A DNA stretch of 54,487 nucleotides from Actinomycetota bacterium (GTDB taxonomy: Bacteria > Actinomycetota > Geothermincolia > Fen-727 > Anoxymicrobiaceae). Position numbers and translations under genes: made by a program. A model generated the notes under the pieces. The model had not been told where the DNA came from and searched no databases. It worked only from the letters and a program-made list of their open reading frames with translations. The stretch is from contig PMJJ01000092.1 in the NCBI GenBank assembly GCA_003157385.1, forward strand, positions 1 through 54,487, written 5' to 3'. How positions within the stretch are numbered: the stretch's first letter is position 1; every line of letters starts with the position of its first letter. Of the stretch, positions 51,477 through 54,487 are shown one piece after another.

Positions 51477-52082
51477 TCATTCTAATTCCGGGCTTGTTTG
51501 GGTGTCAACTCGAAGGGTCAGCCTTGCGGCCATCTGCGCGACCTGCCGCGCGAAGCCCCGCCTCACCAGGTAGTCAGCGAGTTTTTTTCTCGCGGCCGGA
51601 TCTGATGGATCACCGTCGAAGCTCCCGAGGCGCCGCTCGGCGGCCGACTTCGCCCGCTCCAGCTCGTCCTCGATGGGATAGTCGGCCGTCAGCTCGTCGA
51701 TCACCTCGCGCGGCACCATCTTCTTGACGAGCTCGGACCGCACCCTGTAGAAACCCACTCCTTTGCAGAGGAGCTCTGTCATGAAGAGGCGCGCGAAATC
51801 GGTGTCATCGAGGATTCCAGCCGCTGTGAGGTGGTCGATAACGGTCTCGATGGTGGCCGCGTCATATCCATATCGCCTCATTCGCAGCCGCGTCTCCCCG
51901 GAGCTGCGGGGCCTGTAGTCGATGAACCTGAGGGCCCTCTCCAGAGCCTCGGGGTCAGGGCCGTAAGTGGAGCCGCCGTGGCTTCCGCTATCCTGCCTGG
52001 GCACTCTTGCCGCCGGACTTGGTCTTCTTCTCCACAGGTGTGACGTCGACGGGAGCCACTTCCTCGCCGGCGACCAGCTCAT
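51477..52082 (-). CDS. recX: Recombination regulator RecX
   Basis: Three-repeat helical pattern (..AL.YL..R..S..EL..KL..KG) directly after recA. The start is uncertain: ATG 52082 overlaps recA by 95 nt, and an in-frame GTG near 52005 is the alternative. Confidence 0.8.
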   Translation of the reverse strand: MSWSPARKWLPSTSHLWRRRPSPAARVPRQDSGSHGGSTYGPDPEALERALRFIDYRPRSSGETRLRMRRYGYDAATIETVIDHLTAAGILDDTDFARLFMTELLCKGVGFYRVRSELVKKMVPREVIDELTADYPIEDELERAKSAAERRLGSFDGDPSDPAARKKLADYLVRRGFARQVAQMAARLTLRVDTQTSPELE

Positions 52083-53085
52083 CGGCGACAGGCAACAGGT
52101 CGGCTTGCTCGCGAATTATGCCTTCGATCTTATTGGAGATGTCGGCGTGTTCGGCCAGGAACATCTTGGAGTTCTCGCGACCCTGCCCCAGCTGGTCTTC
52201 CTCGTACACGTACCAGGCGCCACTCTTCTTGACCACTCCGTATGTCACCCCCAGGTCGAGGATATCGCCTTGCTTGGAGATCCCCAGGCCGTACATGATA
52301 TCGAACTCGGCATTGCGGAAAGGCGGAGCGACTTTGTTCTTGACGATCCTGGCCCGAACCCTGTTGCCCACGATGTCTGTGCCCCTCTTGATGGTATCGA
52401 TCTTGCGCAGGTCGATTCGCACCGATGAGTAGAACTTCAGAGCACGTCCGCCCGGGGTGACCTCGGGATTGCCGAACATCACTCCGATCTTCTCGCGCAG
52501 TTGGTTGATAAATATCGCGATAGTGTTGGAGCGGTTGATCGCGTTGGAGAGCTTTCTCAGCGCCTGCGACATCAGCCTGGCCTGCAGGCCGACGTGCGAA
52601 TCTCCGATGTCGCCTTCTATCTCGGCACGCGGCACCAGGGCAGCCACGGAGTCGATGACGACCACGTCAACGGCGGCGCTCCTCACCAGCAGCTCGGTAA
52701 TCTCCAGTGCCTGCTCGCCGGTGTCGGGCTGGCTGATCAGGAGCTCGTCGATGTTCACGCCGAGCGCCTTGGAGTAAGTCGGGTCGAGCGCATTCTCGGC
52801 ATCTATGAACGCCCCCACGCCTCCGCGCTTCTGCGCCTCGGCCACTATCTGCAGCGCGACCGTGGTCTTGCCGCTGGACTCGGGGCCGAATATCTCTATG
52901 ACCCTGCCCCGCGGCAGGCCACCGACTCCCAGCGCTATGTCGAGGGCGAGCGAACCTGTGGGAATGACCTCGACTGCCATGCGGTCGGCCTCTGCCCCGA
53001 GCTTCATTATCGAGCCTCTGCCAAACTGGCGCTCGATCTGCATCATCGCCATCTCCAACGACTTTTCTCTCTCCAAACCTCTCAC
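51988..53085 (-). CDS. recA: Recombinase RecA
   Basis: [14 protein letters not shown] and Walker [13 protein letters not shown] start. Confidence 0.98.
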   Translation of the reverse strand: MRGLEREKSLEMAMMQIERQFGRGSIMKLGAEADRMAVEVIPTGSLALDIALGVGGLPRGRVIEIFGPESSGKTTVALQIVAEAQKRGGVGAFIDAENALDPTYSKALGVNIDELLISQPDTGEQALEITELLVRSAAVDVVVIDSVAALVPRAEIEGDIGDSHVGLQARLMSQALRKLSNAINRSNTIAIFINQLREKIGVMFGNPEVTPGGRALKFYSSVRIDLRKIDTIKRGTDIVGNRVRARIVKNKVAPPFRNAEFDIMYGLGISKQGDILDLGVTYGVVKKSGAWYVYEEDQLGQGRENSKMFLAEHADISNKIEGIIREQADLLPVADELVAGEEVAPVDVTPVEKKTKSGGKSAQAG

Positions 53086-53089
53086 CCTT

Positions 53090-53680
53090 TCATTGTTGAT
53101 CCGGTGCCCCCGGTCCGGCGGTGTCGACCACCGAGTAAGAGGCGCCAGAGCTTGAAATCGTGCTTCGGAAGAGGACTATCACTCCCGCTTCCATCTCGAT
53201 AGTATCAGCCGCAAACCCTGCAACCATATCCTCCGGGATGCTGACCGGCCTGCGGCGGGACCTGCCTATCGTTATGTGCGGCCTGTACCCGCGTCGCTCG
53301 CGTGAGAAACCACACTTTTCGGCTCCTTTGTCGAGTACATTGTAGACCTTCTCCACGGTCCCGGTCAGGTCCTCGACCCCGACCCATACAACTCTAGCAG
53401 ACCCCACTGACGCGAAACCTCCCACACCTCCGATCCGCACCATGGCGGGCAGGTGGCGGGCTGCTTTTCGCATCGCCTCGGCCATCTTCGGAATCGTATC
53501 GGGGCTGCAATCGCCTAAAAAGCGAAGTGTTATGTGAAGGTTCTCTTCGGGCACCCAGCGAACGCCGTCAACGGCGCCAGAGAGCTGTTCGATCACACCG
53601 GCGATACTATGGCGGATGTCCCCTGGCAGTGGTACCGCCGTGAAGAGCCGCTGGGTGGAATGTTGTCTCTCGCGACTCAT
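53090..53680 (-). CDS. thpR: RNA 2',3'-cyclic phosphodiesterase (2H family, LigT/ThpR)
   Basis: Two HxT motifs (LHITLRF and PHITIGR) at the expected spacing. Confidence 0.88.
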   Translation of the reverse strand: MSRERQHSTQRLFTAVPLPGDIRHSIAGVIEQLSGAVDGVRWVPEENLHITLRFLGDCSPDTIPKMAEAMRKAARHLPAMVRIGGVGGFASVGSARVVWVGVEDLTGTVEKVYNVLDKGAEKCGFSRERRGYRPHITIGRSRRRPVSIPEDMVAGFAADTIEMEAGVIVLFRSTISSSGASYSVVDTAGPGAPDQQ

Positions 53681-53720
53681 ATGACCAGTCTAGCATCCAG
53701 GGAGCAGCAATACAAGCTAA

Positions 53721-53969
53721 TCATGTCCTGACCCTTATCATCTTGTCCCTCGACTTACGGCCACCAGTCACCTCGAGGGCAGAGGGAGGCACTCCCAGGT
53801 GTTGGGCGAGCGCCTTGATCACAGCGGCATTCGCCTTGCCTTTCTCCGGGACGCAGGATACGTACACGTTGTAGCCGCCGCCTTCTGCGGCTTCCACCCG
53901 CGGCTTCGACGACCTGGTGGTGACCCTCACCCGCAGCATCCGTTCGTTCGGCATCGCCGCTCTTCTCAC
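53721..53969 (-). CDS. DUF167 (YggU-like) protein
   Basis: ...V.V.....SK..V........V.V.A.PE.GKAN.A.I..LA..LGV.. pattern. Confidence 0.75.
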   Translation of the reverse strand: MRRAAMPNERMLRVRVTTRSSKPRVEAAEGGGYNVYVSCVPEKGKANAAVIKALAQHLGVPPSALEVTGGRKSRDKMIRVRT

Positions 53970-53980
53970 CTTATAAGATC

Positions 53981-54003
53981 AAGGGCGCCCATCGGGCGCC
54001 CTT
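53981..54003 (-). terminator. GC-rich hairpin downstream of the Pro-rich gene
   Basis: aagggcgccc-atc-gggcgccctt, a 10-bp perfect stem. The T-tract on the minus strand is poor, so it may be only a stabiliser. Confidence 0.4.
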
Positions 54004-54026
54004 TTCGAATGAGTGGCATCGGTCTT

Positions 54027-54487
54027 TCACTCCCAGAAGAAGTGCTTGTCTTTCTTGTCTTTCCTTCCCCGGCGCCCCTTCTCCCGCCCCTCCTCGTCAT
54101 CCTCGAAGTCACCGAAGATCCCCTCTTCTTCCGATCCCATCGCCAGGACTTCATCGACGAGGTTGGAGCTCGAAGGAGCTCCCCGGGCCGGCGCTTCGGA
54201 CGCCTCGGGTGCCGCCTGGGTGGTCCCTCTCGCGGACGCCGCTTCACGCATCTCGCGCGCCACCGGGGCATCCGGGCTCGCCGCCTTCGCCGGAGGTAGA
54301 CCGGACTGGCGCATTGGAGGCTCGGTCGGCGGCGGCGGAGCTGCCGGTGAAGCAGGAAACTGAGTCGCCGGCTGTGGGGGTGCTGCCGGAACATCGGTCG
54401 GAGGTCGTGCATCCCTCACTAGCGGTGGAGACTCGACCGGGGCGGATGGCTCCTCAGGAGCAGTGGGCTCCGCGGGCGCGGGTGGCT
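54027..54487 (-). CDS. Proline/alanine-rich protein with acidic-basic C-terminal tail, 5' end outside window
   Basis: The frame stays open to the window edge (..PPAPAEPTAPEEPSAPVESPP..). The C-terminus reads EEGIFGDFEDDEEGREKGRRGRKDKKDKHFFWE. The alternative frame is Arg-rich and looks like high-GC junk. Confidence 0.45.
   Translation of the reverse strand, partial: PPAPAEPTAPEEPSAPVESPPLVRDARPPTDVPAAPPQPATQFPASPAAPPPPTEPPMRQSGLPPAKAASPDAPVAREMREAASARGTTQAAPEASEAPARGAPSSSNLVDEVLAMGSEEEGIFGDFEDDEEGREKGRRGRKDKKDKHFFWE

Noticed and set aside
53966-54412. 148-aa Arg-rich ORF overlapping the Pro-rich gene
   Set aside because: Extreme Arg content (RRRRR runs) is typical of a wrong frame. The other frame stays open to the window edge and has a more protein-like C-terminus. 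Neither frame is certain.
1-54487. CRISPR arrays, IS elements, rRNA genes, prophage genes
   Set aside because: I saw no regularly spaced direct repeats and no transposase, integrase or phage-structural translations. The only repeats found are the tRNA-half duplicate and the inverted repeats reported above.

Overview
Dense, high-GC bacterial chromosomal segment: about 55 CDS, one tRNA, no rRNA, no CRISPR array, no transposase or integrase. Gene content points to an anaerobic Gram-positive or Actinomycetota-like lineage: class III RNR nrdD with nrdR, an LL-DAP aminotransferase beside dapF, RNase Y, an archaeal-type NAPRTase, and a GarA-like FHA + MerR + DUF151 nuclease set. The plus-strand block (1-22.2 kb) runs DUF512/PDZ radical-SAM, der, hup, tRNA-Pro, a CDP-alcohol phosphatidyltransferase, a nucleotidyltransferase/PMM-like fusion, PGM, LigB-like + AMMECR1, miaA-dapF-dapL-hflX, nrdR-nrdD-redoxin, dut, and DUF3786-queC. 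From about 31 kb to the window end nearly everything is co-directional on the minus strand: a Pro-rich protein, DUF167, thpR, recA, recX, rny, a GHL-type ATPase, a membrane protein, DUF948, miaB, pncA, pncB, an lplA-like gene, small ORFs, FHA, MerR, an MgtE-like gene, NRAMP, a PRC-barrel protein, a DD-carboxypeptidase, a DUF151 nuclease, a K+ channel, an RlpA-like gene, an MBL hydrolase and an FAD reductase. I see five candidates for uncharacterised biology. (1) A MutL/MORC-like GHL ATPase is translationally coupled to a membrane-anchored protein and followed by DUF948, wedged between rny and miaB. (2) A roughly 200-nt leader with mutually exclusive terminator and antiterminator pairings precedes an operon of a PRC-barrel-fused MgtE-like protein, NRAMP and a free-standing paralogue of that PRC module. 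(3) An ATPase-less double-FtsX permease is paired with a membrane-anchored protein that looks like a catalytically dead gluzincin, in a visibly AT-richer segment. (4) A 1.5-kb AT-richer islet is bracketed by tRNA-Pro and a degenerate direct copy of its 3' half. (5) A redoxin gene overlaps the 3' end of nrdD, and no nrdG lies nearby. All calls come from reading the sequence and the supplied translations. No searches, HMMs or folding programs were run, and compositional statements are by eye.
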